In this document: piece by piece, positions 37,582-47,638 of the stretch
How the letters are laid out: each line of letters begins with the position of its first letter
How positions within the stretch are numbered: position 1 is the first letter of the stretch
Source of the DNA: Bacteroidales bacterium
Lineage (GTDB): Bacteria > Bacteroidota > Bacteroidia > Bacteroidales > Prolixibacteraceae
Direction: 5' to 3'
Assembly (NCBI GenBank): GCA_047975005.1
Contig: JBKECW010000040.1
Span: forward strand, 12,496-76,495
Length of the DNA stretch: 64,000 bases
Program-made: the position numbers and the translations under genes
Notes under the pieces: generated by a model
Seen by the model: only the letters and a program-made list of their open reading frames with translations
The model's database searches: none
Told to the model about the DNA's origin: nothing

Positions 37582-38178
37582 CTATTGGCGCTTTATGGCG
37601 CTTTTGGGGAGGCGGATAGAGTTAGCGAGTGGCATCATACAGTTGATAAGTATAATCTCGTCTATAAAGTCTATTATACTTGTGGGAATAGGGGCTTCTA
37701 TTACAACGCCGGTGTCCACTAAGTGTTGTCTTTGCACTCCTCTTAGCAGTGGCTCGATGGGAGTTATCAGTTCGTCCCCAATTCTTACCACAACATTAGA
37801 TATTGAAGTGTCTGTAATAAACCCTTCTTTTATAATTAGTGGCAACTGCTGTTCTTCCAAACCCTCTGATATTTTTTCGAAGACCTTCCTATTGGCGTTT
37901 TTGTATTTGTAGTTTATTCCATCTGCATTCACTGTTACAAGTTCATTTACAGTGCGTTCTTGGGGAGGAGTTAGCTTTATGTCCTCAATTTTGTCAGAAT
38001 ATATTATTCGACATTTCATTTCTTCATTGGTTTTCACATCTGGAAGAATGTCTGTTAGCTTAATGTTGTTTACATTGTAAAAGACATCCTGAGTTCGTTC
38101 TAATCTTTTTTGATGGTAGTTGATTAGTTGGGCTTCGCCATTTGCGAATCGGATAGTTTCTATAAACTTGTGTTTCAT
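37582..38178 (-). CDS. Aminotransferase class IV family protein (aminodeoxychorismate lyase-like)
   Basis: 198 aa with fold-type IV-like C-terminal elements (GFITDTSISNVV and LLRGVQRQ). Assigned by resemblance only. Confidence 0.55.
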   Translation of the reverse strand: MKHKFIETIRFANGEAQLINYHQKRLERTQDVFYNVNNIKLTDILPDVKTNEEMKCRIIYSDKIEDIKLTPPQERTVNELVTVNADGINYKYKNANRKVFEKISEGLEEQQLPLIIKEGFITDTSISNVVVRIGDELITPIEPLLRGVQRQHLVDTGVVIEAPIPTSIIDFIDEIILINCMMPLANSIRLPKSAIKRQ

Positions 38179-38586
38179 TGTTTTACACCCTTTTTATTAA
38201 GTTTTGAATAAGTAAATTTGTTGTTTGTTTCTAAGTGTTTCGGCTCTGAGGTGCTTGTAGTCAGGTCGTTATTGCGTGCGACTTGCTAGCGCATTTTTGT
38301 TTTTTTGTAAAGTTATAAAATTATATTTGTAAAATACCGAAATCTGCTACGAATCATTCAAGAGTGAGTCCTGATTTACCCGTGCTATTTGTCGTGCAAT
38401 GGTATTATAACTCTAGTTAGAGTAATTGTGCTTAATCAAGTATTTGTAAATATACACTGATTTTTCTAATCTGTTTTGTACTTACATAGTTATTATATAT
38501 GGCAAGGTAACATTCTTTGTTACAGTGTTCCTGCTTTATGTCTTAAGGGTTTGTATACCTATTGTCCATTATATATCTCCCTTGTG

Positions 38587-38623
38587 AATAAAAGGACAAG
38601 AACAACTAAGCAAACTTCTTGCC
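38587..38623 (-). terminator. Probable terminator of mfd
   Basis: On the minus strand: GGCAAGAA-loop-TTCTTGTCC (one bulge) followed by TTTTATT, about 45 nt after the mfd stop. Confidence 0.55.
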
Positions 38624-38667
38624 GTAAACATCGATTATACGTAAGATTAACACGTTCTCGTACAATA

Positions 38668-41600
38668 TCATTTGCTTTCTAGCTTTTTCAATATCTCAAG
38701 GACCTGCTCTATGGTGCTTATGTTTGAGAATGAGATGCTTAGTCTGCCGGTATTCTCTTTTACCTTGCAGTTCTTGTTGCTTTGTACGTACGACATTACT
38801 TTAGAGAATGTCTCAGATGTATAAAATTGATTGTTGTGGTCAGAGACAAAGAATATTACAAGTTTGTTGGACTTTAATACCAATTTCTCGATTGCTATTT
38901 TTATTGCTAGCCATCTTACCTTTACTACTTCTGTTAGGTTTAGTACTTGAATAGGCAGTTTACCAAATCGGTCTATCAATTCTGATTTAAATTCATCTAG
39001 GCTTACAGTGCCTTCGATGTTGTCCAGTCGTTTGTAGAGCCACATGCGCTCTGCCGTATTCGAGATGTATTCGTGTGGTATTCTGAGTTCCAGATCTGTA
39101 TCAATAATACAGTCCGATACATAGGCAATATCTTCTTGTTCCGATGGGTCGTCGTACAAGCCGCTAAATTCGTTGGATTTCAACTCAGTTACGGCCTCGT
39201 TGAGTATGCGCTGATAGGTCTCGTATCCTATGTCGGCAATAAATCCACTTTGCTCTCCGCCTAGAAGGTTTCCTGCTCCTCTTATATCGAGGTCTTGCAT
39301 GGCAATGTTTATACCGCTTCCAAGTTCTGAAAATTCCTCAATAGCTTTTAGTCGTCGTTGTGCATCCGATGGTAGAGTTGATAGAGGAGGAGCAAGCAGG
39401 TAGCAGAAAGCACGTCGGTTTTCACGTCCTACACGTCCACGCAGTTGATGTAGTTCGCTAAGTCCAAAATTCTGAGCATTATTTATTATTATAGTGTTGG
39501 CATTAGGGATGTCTAGTCCAGCCTCGATAATGGTTGTTGCAATCAGTACATCGTATTCGCCTTCCACGAATTCCATCATTACATTTTCCAGTTTATTGCC
39601 CTCCATTTGTCCATGCCCTACTACTGTTCGGGCAGTTGGACAAAGTTCCTTTACCGTTTTTTCGACATCCAGAATATTGCCGACACGGTTATTTATAAAG
39701 AATACTTGCCCATCTCTATTAAGTTCGTGCTCAATAGCCTCTTTGATAATGTCGGGATTGAAAGTGTGCACTTCGGTAATGATTGGAACCCTATTGGGAG
39801 GAGGAGTGTTTATAAGCGATAAGTCCCTTGCTCCCATAAGCGAGAATTGTAGAGTTCGAGGAATTGGTGTTGCCGTTAGTGTAAGCACATCAACATCAAC
39901 CTTCAGTTGTTTTAGTTTTTCTTTTACTGATACTCCAAATTTTTGTTCTTCGTCAATAATTAGCAGTCCTAAATCGTTGAATTTTACGGCGTTGCTTATT
40001 ATTTTGTGGGTGCCTATAAGAATGTCTATTTTGCCCATTTCTAAATCCTTAAGTACTTCTTTCACCTCTTTTACCGATCTTAGGCGGCTGATATACTCAA
40101 TTCTTACAGGAAATTCCTTTAGGCGTTTGTGAAAGGTTTTGAAGTGTTGTAGAGCAAGTATAGTTGTCGGAACCAATATGGCAACTTGTTTGCCATCGCA
40201 AGCGGCTTTGAATGCTGCTCTTATGGCTACCTCCGTTTTTCCAAATCCTACGTCTCCGCAGATTAATCTGTCCATGGGAGTACTAGACTCCATGTCTTTT
40301 TTTACGTCCTGTGTCGATTTGTGTTGGTCTGGGGTATCTTCATAAATAAAAGATGCTTCTAATTCACGCTGTAAATAAGAGTCGGGAGAATAAGTAAATC
40401 CTTTTTTATCCTTACGCTGAGCGTATAGCGCAATAAGCTCTTTGGCAATATCTTTTACTTTTTTCTTGGTCTTATCCTTCATCTTTTGCCAAGCTCCTGT
40501 CCCCAGCTTGTGCAATTTGGTTTCGGTTCCTTCCTTTCCTCTGTACTTAGATATTCTGTGCAGTGAGTGTATATTTACCAGCAGATCATCATTGTCTTTA
40601 TATCGAAGTCTAATACTTTCCTGCTGCCTTCCATTTATCTCCGTGTTTACAAGTCCCATAAACTGCCCGACACCATGGTCTATATGTACAACGAAGTCGC
40701 CTTTGTGCAACATGCTCAAATCCTTCATTGATATTGCCTGATGCTTGTCTCGGTTGGACTTTGTCTTGTATCGGTGATATCGTCCAAATATTTGATGGTC
40801 TGTGTAGTAGCATATAGCCAGATCTTTGTCGATAAATCCTTGATGGACGATTTTATCTGAAGACTCGAACCTCACTTCCATGTCGATGTCACTGTAAATA
40901 TCTCGAAGTCTTTGTATCTGATTTGGGTTGCTAGAGCAGACATAGACAGTATATCCTTTTTGTTGATGGTTTTTTATGTCTAGTCCAAGCATCTCGAAAT
41001 TTTTGTTGAACAAAGGCTGTGCCTCAGTATTAAACTCTATAGTTTTGAGTTCAACGGACTTTAAAGGTATGGTACGAGTGAAGCTAATTATCCTATGTTC
41101 AGCCATTGCTTCTAGGAAGTGTTTGCTGCCTATTAGAGTTTCTTTTTGCGTTGCTTCGACTACGCTATTATATGTGTCGTCTAAATAGTCCTTTATTATA
41201 TTCGCATCGCTGACAGCCAATATTGTGTCTTTTGAAATAAAATCGAAAATTGAAATTAGTTCCTTACTCTCAGCTTGTAAATTAGGAACTATCGACACAT
41301 TTTCTTTTCTTTCGATAGATATTTGCGATTCTATGTCGAAAGTTCTTATGGATTCCACTTCGTCGTCAAAGAAATCTATCCTGTAAGGAGTGTCTTGGGA
41401 ATATGAGAAGATGTCAATAATACTACCGCGTAGGGCAAACTGTCCGGGTTCGTAAACGAAATCTACGCGCTCAAACATATATTCAATTAGGAAATCGTTT
41501 ACAAAATCGCTAGACAGTTTATCTCCAACCTTAATGTTTAGTTTGCTGTCACTGATTGTTTTTGCTTTGACTACTTTTTCGACAAGTGCTTCCGGATATG

Positions 41601-41961
41601 TTATAATGACTTTAGGCTGCTTGTCATCATTAATCTTTTCGAGGGTCTCAAATCGATACACGATATTTTCGCGGTCCGTTTGCCCGTATTTGGCCGAACG
41701 TTTGTAGGATGACGGGAGTAGTATGGCATTGTCGTTACCAAGTATAGATAGCATATCGGAATGGAAATAGTGTGCATCGTCCTTGTTGTTTGCAACAAAT
41801 AGTATTTGCACCTTCTTTTTTGTGTTTATTGATCCTATAGCAAGTGCCTTTGCCGAGCCTGCCAAGCCCGAAAAGAAGACGCGTTTATTGTTGTTATCAA
41901 GCTTGTACTTGCTTACGATGGGATGCGTTAAGAGCATTTCTTTTATTCTGTTATCTTCCAA
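38668..41961 (-). CDS. mfd: Transcription-repair coupling factor
   Basis: 1097 aa. Has a UvrB-homology N-terminus, an RNAP-interaction (CarD-like) region, SF2 helicase Walker A GDVGFGKTEVA, a DEEQ box (IIDEEQKFGV) and a TRCF C-terminal domain. Confidence 0.95.
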   Translation of the reverse strand: MEDNRIKEMLLTHPIVSKYKLDNNNKRVFFSGLAGSAKALAIGSINTKKKVQILFVANNKDDAHYFHSDMLSILGNDNAILLPSSYKRSAKYGQTDRENIVYRFETLEKINDDKQPKVIITYPEALVEKVVKAKTISDSKLNIKVGDKLSSDFVNDFLIEYMFERVDFVYEPGQFALRGSIIDIFSYSQDTPYRIDFFDDEVESIRTFDIESQISIERKENVSIVPNLQAESKELISIFDFISKDTILAVSDANIIKDYLDDTYNSVVEATQKETLIGSKHFLEAMAEHRIISFTRTIPLKSVELKTIEFNTEAQPLFNKNFEMLGLDIKNHQQKGYTVYVCSSNPNQIQRLRDIYSDIDMEVRFESSDKIVHQGFIDKDLAICYYTDHQIFGRYHRYKTKSNRDKHQAISMKDLSMLHKGDFVVHIDHGVGQFMGLVNTEINGRQQESIRLRYKDNDDLLVNIHSLHRISKYRGKEGTETKLHKLGTGAWQKMKDKTKKKVKDIAKELIALYAQRKDKKGFTYSPDSYLQRELEASFIYEDTPDQHKSTQDVKKDMESSTPMDRLICGDVGFGKTEVAIRAAFKAACDGKQVAILVPTTILALQHFKTFHKRLKEFPVRIEYISRLRSVKEVKEVLKDLEMGKIDILIGTHKIISNAVKFNDLGLLIIDEEQKFGVSVKEKLKQLKVDVDVLTLTATPIPRTLQFSLMGARDLSLINTPPPNRVPIITEVHTFNPDIIKEAIEHELNRDGQVFFINNRVGNILDVEKTVKELCPTARTVVGHGQMEGNKLENVMMEFVEGEYDVLIATTIIEAGLDIPNANTIIINNAQNFGLSELHQLRGRVGRENRRAFCYLLAPPLSTLPSDAQRRLKAIEEFSELGSGINIAMQDLDIRGAGNLLGGEQSGFIADIGYETYQRILNEAVTELKSNEFSGLYDDPSEQEDIAYVSDCIIDTDLELRIPHEYISNTAERMWLYKRLDNIEGTVSLDEFKSELIDRFGKLPIQVLNLTEVVKVRWLAIKIAIEKLVLKSNKLVIFFVSDHNNQFYTSETFSKVMSYVQSNKNCKVKENTGRLSISFSNISTIEQVLEILKKLESK

Positions 41962-42115
41962 AACCTCTTTTTTTGTTGCAAAAATAGCAATAAAACAGAT
42001 AATGACAGGATTTAGTAATCCCTCATTATTTTCCGAGATTTCGGAAATATTGTTTTTATGTTAGGACTTTTGTTTTACTTTGCTAAACTAGCAAGGCTTA
42101 TTATCTTTGTGGGTA

Positions 42116-42460
42116 ATGGCATCTCTTTTAAAAAATACACTCTTTGTTTATGTTCTATCGGTCTTGCTGGTAGTCATTAATTTATTTGTAGGATATGCTA
42201 CTGTTGCAAGTGCCGACTTTCGTGCCGTTGGAGCAGATGTTGAACCGGGGAATATGACAATAACGAAATCTATATTGCCTCTTACCAATAGTGGCAATGG
42301 AATTATAGAAGAAGAGAATCATGATATTTATTCTCCTATGCCGAAGAATTGTGCAGAGTTTGATCTGTATATGTTAGAGCGGGCGGGTTTAGTAATGTTA
42401 TACGAGGAGAAAGATTATGAGCATTACCCAGATGTTATTATTCCTCCTCCCGAAGTATAG
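42116..42460 (+). CDS. Small membrane-anchored protein of unknown function
   Basis: The ORF is open from 42107 (TTG), but ATG 42116 gives MASLLKNTLFVYVLSVLLVVINLFVG with one TM helix. No motifs found. Confidence 0.45.
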   Translation: MASLLKNTLFVYVLSVLLVVINLFVGYATVASADFRAVGADVEPGNMTITKSILPLTNSGNGIIEEENHDIYSPMPKNCAEFDLYMLERAGLVMLYEEKDYEHYPDVIIPPPEV

Positions 42461-42544
42461 CTATTACTGCTTGTGTTATCTCGCTTTATGAGTTTAGAGA
42501 TAACTATATGTAACTGAGTTTTTTATTAGTAGTTTTGAAATCAC

Positions 42545-44137
42545 ATGTTTAAATATTTGAAGAAAGACTTGCCTGCAAGTCTTGTAGTATTTTTAGTAGC
42601 ATTGCCATTGTGTTTGGGTATTGCACAGGCCAGTGGTGCGCCCCTGTTTGCAGGTGTTGTCGCTGGCATCATAGGAGGGATAATAGTCGGTAGTATCAGT
42701 GGTTCGCCTTTAGGGGTCAGCGGTCCGGCAGCAGGATTGACAATAATTATAGCTGATTCGATAACCGACTTGGGGACTTTCGAGATCTTCCTTGCTGCAG
42801 TTATTATTGCCGGCTTACTGCAAATTATATTTGGAATAATAAAGGCAGGAATAATCGGCTATTATTTTCCATCGTCGGTAATTAAAGGAATGCTTGCGGG
42901 CATCGGAATAAGTATATTTTTAAAGCAATTTCCTCACGCACTTGGTTATGATGCTAGTTATAGAGGGATGACAGACTTCCTTAATAAAGAGGGAGGCAAT
43001 ACTATCTCCGCACTTGTTGATATGTTTAAGCATATCTCTCCGGGAGTATTGCTAGTGTCAGGTGTATCTGTTTGTATACTATTGCTTTGGGATAGTTTCC
43101 TGGCGAAGAAAGCAACGCTTTTCAAAATTGTACCAGGCTCGTTGATTGCAGTCGTTTTTGGAATATTATTCTACGTTAATACTCCAGAGGGGACTTATTT
43201 TAGCATCCCTGACAATCTTCTGGTAAATGTGCCTGCCCCAGATAGCTTACAGTCTTTCTTCGGAGAGTTTAGCTCCCCTGATATGTCTGGGTTTCTTCGC
43301 TATGATGTTTGGTTAATTGGCTTTACAATTGCCGTTGTTGCTAGTCTCGAAACATTATTGTCGGTTGAAGCCATCGATAAGATTGACCCTCATAAACGAA
43401 TTACTCCCACTAATAGAGAATTAGTGGCTCAGGGAGTTGGAAATGTCGTAGCAGGACTTGTTGGCGGACTGCCTATTACTCAGGTTATTGTTAGGAGTTC
43501 GGCAAACGTGCAGTCGGGAGGCCGAACTAAGATGGCAACAATTTTGCACGGGATATTGTTGTTATTATCGGTCATACTTATCCCGAGATTTTTGAATCTT
43601 ATACCACTGGGAGTTCTTGCAGCGATATTGTTGCTGGTTGGCTACAAGCTGGCAAAACCCTCATTGTTTAAGAGTATGTATAACTTGGGTTACGAGCAGT
43701 TTGTGCCATTTGTCGCAACTGTATTTGGAGTTGTATTTACAGACTTGCTAAAAGGTATCTGTTTAGGATTAGGATTGGGCATAATGTTTATCCTGATAAA
43801 GAATTACAGAAACTCACATTTTTTGCACAAGAAAGAGAGTGATGACGGACGTCATAAGGTGATTATGACTCTTGCAGAAGAGTTGTCTTTTCTGAATAAA
43901 GGGGCTATATTGAAAGAGTTGGAAGCTATCGAGGAAGGAACCCTATTGGAGCTAGATCTTAGAAAGACAATACGGATGAATTATGATATCTTGGAAATTC
44001 TAGATGACTTTGTGTTTAAGGCAAAAGAGCGTAATATAGACATCAGGGTAATATCTGACAGCCATGGAGTATTAGACAACCCTGAAAGTTTTGTGGCATT
44101 GTTTTTAGATAAAAGCCGCAATAATTTTAGAAAATGA
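42545..44137 (+). CDS. SulP-family anion (sulfate/bicarbonate) transporter with C-terminal STAS domain
   Basis: Polytopic N-terminal domain with SulP-like GxxGG-rich helices (GVSGPAAG, VVAGLVGGLPITQV) and a soluble STAS-like tail of about 100 aa. Confidence 0.85.
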   Translation: MFKYLKKDLPASLVVFLVALPLCLGIAQASGAPLFAGVVAGIIGGIIVGSISGSPLGVSGPAAGLTIIIADSITDLGTFEIFLAAVIIAGLLQIIFGIIKAGIIGYYFPSSVIKGMLAGIGISIFLKQFPHALGYDASYRGMTDFLNKEGGNTISALVDMFKHISPGVLLVSGVSVCILLLWDSFLAKKATLFKIVPGSLIAVVFGILFYVNTPEGTYFSIPDNLLVNVPAPDSLQSFFGEFSSPDMSGFLRYDVWLIGFTIAVVASLETLLSVEAIDKIDPHKRITPTNRELVAQGVGNVVAGLVGGLPITQVIVRSSANVQSGGRTKMATILHGILLLLSVILIPRFLNLIPLGVLAAILLLVGYKLAKPSLFKSMYNLGYEQFVPFVATVFGVVFTDLLKGICLGLGLGIMFILIKNYRNSHFLHKKESDDGRHKVIMTLAEELSFLNKGAILKELEAIEEGTLLELDLRKTIRMNYDILEILDDFVFKAKERNIDIRVISDSHGVLDNPESFVALFLDKSRNNFRK

Positions 44138-44144
44138 GATTGAT

Positions 44145-44786
44145 ATGGATATAAATAAAGTTTTTGAAAATAATGAACAATGGATAAGAGAAAAGTTAGA
44201 GTTAGATCCTCATTATTTTGACAAGTTGTCGGAAGGGCAAAATCCAGAGTTCCTGTATTTTGGATGCTCTGACAGTCGTGTGACGGCGGAAGGATTGATG
44301 GGTTTAGAGCCGGGCGATGTATTTGTACATAGAAATATTGCTAATATGGTAGTTTCAACTGATATGAACTGCATGTCGGTATTGGAATACGGAGTTAATC
44401 ATCTTAAAGTCAATCATGTGATAGTGTGTGGGCATTATGCTTGTGGAGGAGTAGAGGCAGCAATGAAGAGCGGGGATTTAGGTATTCTTAATCCGTGGTT
44501 ACGAGAGATTAGGGATGTTTATCGCTTGCATGCCGACGAGTTGGATGGGATTGAGAGAGAGGACGACCGGTACGATAGATTGATAGAGCTAAATGTGCAA
44601 GAGCAGTGTATCAATCTTATAAAGACAGCTATAGTGCAAAAGGCATCAGCCGAGCGAGGACTTAAAGTTCACGGGTGGGTGTTCGATGTGCATACGGGCA
44701 GGCTTATAGATTTGAAGATAGATTTTGATGCAATCCTTAAAGGTATCGAAGAAATCTATAAGATTAATACTAGAATTAATTCTTAG
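44145..44786 (+). CDS. can: Beta-class carbonic anhydrase
   Basis: Zinc ligand motifs CSDSR and HxxCGG (VCGHYACGG). 213 aa. Starts 7 nt after the SulP gene. Confidence 0.92.
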   Translation: MDINKVFENNEQWIREKLELDPHYFDKLSEGQNPEFLYFGCSDSRVTAEGLMGLEPGDVFVHRNIANMVVSTDMNCMSVLEYGVNHLKVNHVIVCGHYACGGVEAAMKSGDLGILNPWLREIRDVYRLHADELDGIEREDDRYDRLIELNVQEQCINLIKTAIVQKASAERGLKVHGWVFDVHTGRLIDLKIDFDAILKGIEEIYKINTRINS

Positions 44787-44824
44787 ACAAAAAAACAGCT
44801 TCCCTTTAGGGAGGCTGTTTTCTT

Positions 44825-46081
44825 TTACGATACTATTTCCATTAGATAAGCACACAGCATTGCACCATAAGTGCCCAGTGCGTAGCCAAATACAGCGAGC
44901 AGTACACCAACAGTTGTTAATGACGGATGAAACTCGGCAGCTACAACGGGCGCAGAAGCTACGCCACCCACATTTGCCTGACTGCCCACAGCAAGAAAGA
45001 AATAAGGTGCCTTTATAATCTTTGCAACAACTACCATTATCAGTACGTGTATTATCATCCATATTGCACCTATTGCCAACAGTCCCGGATTGTCAAACAT
45101 TTTAAAGATGTTCATTTTCATACCTATGGTTGCAACAAGGAAGTAAATAAACAGGGATCCTATTTTGCTTGCACCTGCACCCTCGTAGTTTTTGAATCTC
45201 GTAAAGGATAAAATAATTCCGATGGCGGTAGCAATGCTTATAGTCCAGAAGAACGGTGTTTTAAGAGATGACAATGCGCCTGCACTATTTTCGGCACTAC
45301 TTGGGAATGCGCCTGATATGGTGTTGGCAAGGAAATGAGATATACTAACCCCAACAAAAGCGATTGACAATATTATTACTATGTCGGATGTTGACGGAGT
45401 GCGAGATATCTTTGCATTAAATTTTGAAGCTTTGTCCACTAGTTTGTCGATGGCACTATTGTCGGCCTTCAGCCACTTATCTATGGCTTTTCGGTGTCCC
45501 ACGCCAAACAGGACGGCACTCATCCAGATATTTGCAATTACTATATCTACCAATACCATCCCTCCGTAACTAGATTGGTCGTATTGAAAAATTTCAAGCA
45601 TGGCAGTTTGATTTGCACCTCCGCCAATCCAACTTCCTGCAAGCGTTGACAGTCCGCGCCAGATAGCAAGGTTACCCTCGCCTGCCACTGTCTCCGGCGA
45701 GAATTGAGCTACAATCATAATGGCTAGTGGACCTCCAATTATTATCCCAAATGTTCCGACAAAGAACATTATTAGAGCTTTAGAGCCGAGGCTGAATATT
45801 GCTTTAAGGTCGATGCTGAGAGTCATAAGTATCAGTGCGGCAGGCAGGAGGTAATATTTTGCCACATGATAAAGATTAGATGTATCTTCGGAGATAATAT
45901 TTAGAGAAACGCAAATCGATGGCAGGAGGTAGCACATTAATATGGAGGGGATAAATGTGTAGAACTTCTTCCAGAATTTGCTATTGAGATTTGCAGTATA
46001 GAACACAAATCCAAGGCATAGCATCAGCACCCCGATGGCTATGGTGTCGTCTGTGATATATGGTGTCATTTTTCCGCCCAT
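44825..46081 (-). CDS. Polytopic membrane protein, probably DUF819 family
   Basis: 418 aa with about 11 or more TM helices. The family call comes from overall resemblance and size only. Confidence 0.5.
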   Translation of the reverse strand: MGGKMTPYITDDTIAIGVLMLCLGFVFYTANLNSKFWKKFYTFIPSILMCYLLPSICVSLNIISEDTSNLYHVAKYYLLPAALILMTLSIDLKAIFSLGSKALIMFFVGTFGIIIGGPLAIMIVAQFSPETVAGEGNLAIWRGLSTLAGSWIGGGANQTAMLEIFQYDQSSYGGMVLVDIVIANIWMSAVLFGVGHRKAIDKWLKADNSAIDKLVDKASKFNAKISRTPSTSDIVIILSIAFVGVSISHFLANTISGAFPSSAENSAGALSSLKTPFFWTISIATAIGIILSFTRFKNYEGAGASKIGSLFIYFLVATIGMKMNIFKMFDNPGLLAIGAIWMIIHVLIMVVVAKIIKAPYFFLAVGSQANVGGVASAPVVAAEFHPSLTTVGVLLAVFGYALGTYGAMLCAYLMEIVS

Positions 46082-46082
46082 C

Positions 46083-47117
46083 TCACATTAGTATCCCGTC
46101 TATACTTTCAATTTGTTCGGGCAGGTCTTTCTCTCCTAGCATTTCACGCAGGTCTATTTCTATATTTCTGCATATTGAGAGCATTGGAATGTCGTGTGGC
46201 ATTCCCTGAAAGGGATTTTCCGATTGGTCGCCAATAAACTCCATCATGATGTACACCCAGCTGATAATTGCCGTTATAGGTACTGAAAGCCAAGTCATCC
46301 AATGTTCAATTTTCATCATTTCTGGAATCATGCTGAAAGGTATCAGGGCGATGAATATTGTTACGAAATACTCGCTCAGGTTTGCATATTGTCGAGGCAG
46401 AGGGAATTTTTTGATGCGTTCGCATTTGCCCTGATGCTGATACAGTTGGTGCAGTAGCTCTTTTAGGGCTGTGTATCCGAAATTGTCGAGAATATTATCT
46501 TCGCGAAGCTTTCTAAGGTCCTTAGATTGGAGGTCTATTATATGAGTTGCCGGGTTTTGCTTGTTCATTACGAATTTGTAATCCTTGTCTGACATTAGAG
46601 AACCTACTTCGGTAACAGAAAACTTATTGAGGGCAGAACCCAAGCCGTGTCGCTTTATAATTTTTTTGTGTTTGAGCCCTTTTTTCCCTTTCTGTCCGGC
46701 GCTCTCCCATGGGGCAGGCACGAGCAACTGTTTGCGCAGTTGGTATGTCCATGCTATATGTTTGTATATCAGTCTTTTCTTTATTTCGTGTAATTCGGTG
46801 TCTGATAGAGGCGAGTCTCTGAAAATATTAGTAACATATCCGTCAACATGGATTGCCCAAGTTCTACTAGAGTTCACTATTCCTCCCCATATTTTTCGGG
46901 CTTCCCACATTCGATCATAGGACTGATTGTTTTTGAAGCCTACGTAAAAAGCGACAGCTGTTCCGATTACGGATACCGGCAGCCAAGGGATGGCAAGAGT
47001 TATCTGTCCGGTATGATAGAGGTAGGTAATCAGCGTTACAAATAGTAATTGAATTATGAGAGTCCGCGACGACCATTTATTCAGGTATCTTACTCTAGAG
47101 CTTCGTGTTGCAATCAT
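46083..47117 (-). CDS. Bestrophin-family (YneE/UPF0187-like) anion channel protein
   Basis: The segment VSVIGTAVAFYVGFKNNQSYDRMWEARKIWGGIVNSSR closely parallels the conserved YneE/bestrophin N-terminal region. Confidence 0.7.
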   Translation of the reverse strand: MIATRSSRVRYLNKWSSRTLIIQLLFVTLITYLYHTGQITLAIPWLPVSVIGTAVAFYVGFKNNQSYDRMWEARKIWGGIVNSSRTWAIHVDGYVTNIFRDSPLSDTELHEIKKRLIYKHIAWTYQLRKQLLVPAPWESAGQKGKKGLKHKKIIKRHGLGSALNKFSVTEVGSLMSDKDYKFVMNKQNPATHIIDLQSKDLRKLREDNILDNFGYTALKELLHQLYQHQGKCERIKKFPLPRQYANLSEYFVTIFIALIPFSMIPEMMKIEHWMTWLSVPITAIISWVYIMMEFIGDQSENPFQGMPHDIPMLSICRNIEIDLREMLGEKDLPEQIESIDGILM

Positions 47118-47638
47118 TTTATATGCTTCTGTACTCGCAAATATAGCTCATATTACTTTTTATTCCAAAAATGAATGTTTGCGGTGCAGTTAAATATTCA
47201 GCCAAAAGAGTTGTTAGAAAAAACTGTGCATACCATTGTTTTTCAGGTAGCGACGACACACCTCCAGAGACGCATGGCAATTCTATCTATCCCCTATGGG
47301 GAATGTTTACATCTTTTCGCCTACATTTTTTCTATTAAGCGATAAGCCAAAACAGCCACTTACTCCCTCTTCGTGTACTCCTCCTTCGCAGGAGGAGAGT
47401 TTTTAAATACCGACTGTTTCAATACCTTTGGAAATATGATATCGGAGGTAATTGAAGATGGCAAGCTAGAACTTACGGCAGCATACTTGGGAGATTTTAA
47501 TCTTCCTGCCGTGTCGGGCGAAGCAATGTACGACAACTCTGTAAACGCTATTGTTAAAGACGGCAGAGTAGTGATGACAGAATAGTGATAAACAGCCGAA
47601 TATTATTACCTTTGCGAGGTATTAGATATTAAGTAGCT

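Noticed and set aside
38476-38682. A 68-aa plus-strand ORF in the mfd-downstream spacer.
   Set aside because: Its composition is odd (Tyr/Cys/Arg-rich), it overlaps the mfd 3' end and terminator, and nothing supports it. The region is treated as non-coding.
18463-41961. Paralogue E and mfd are both exactly 1097 aa (3294 nt).
   Set aside because: The sequences are unrelated, so this is coincidence.
44646-45062. A 138-aa minus-strand ORF spanning the end of the carbonic anhydrase gene and the 3' end of the DUF819-like gene.
   Set aside because: It overlaps two well-supported genes in other frames. It is Cys/Arg-rich and implausible as a protein.
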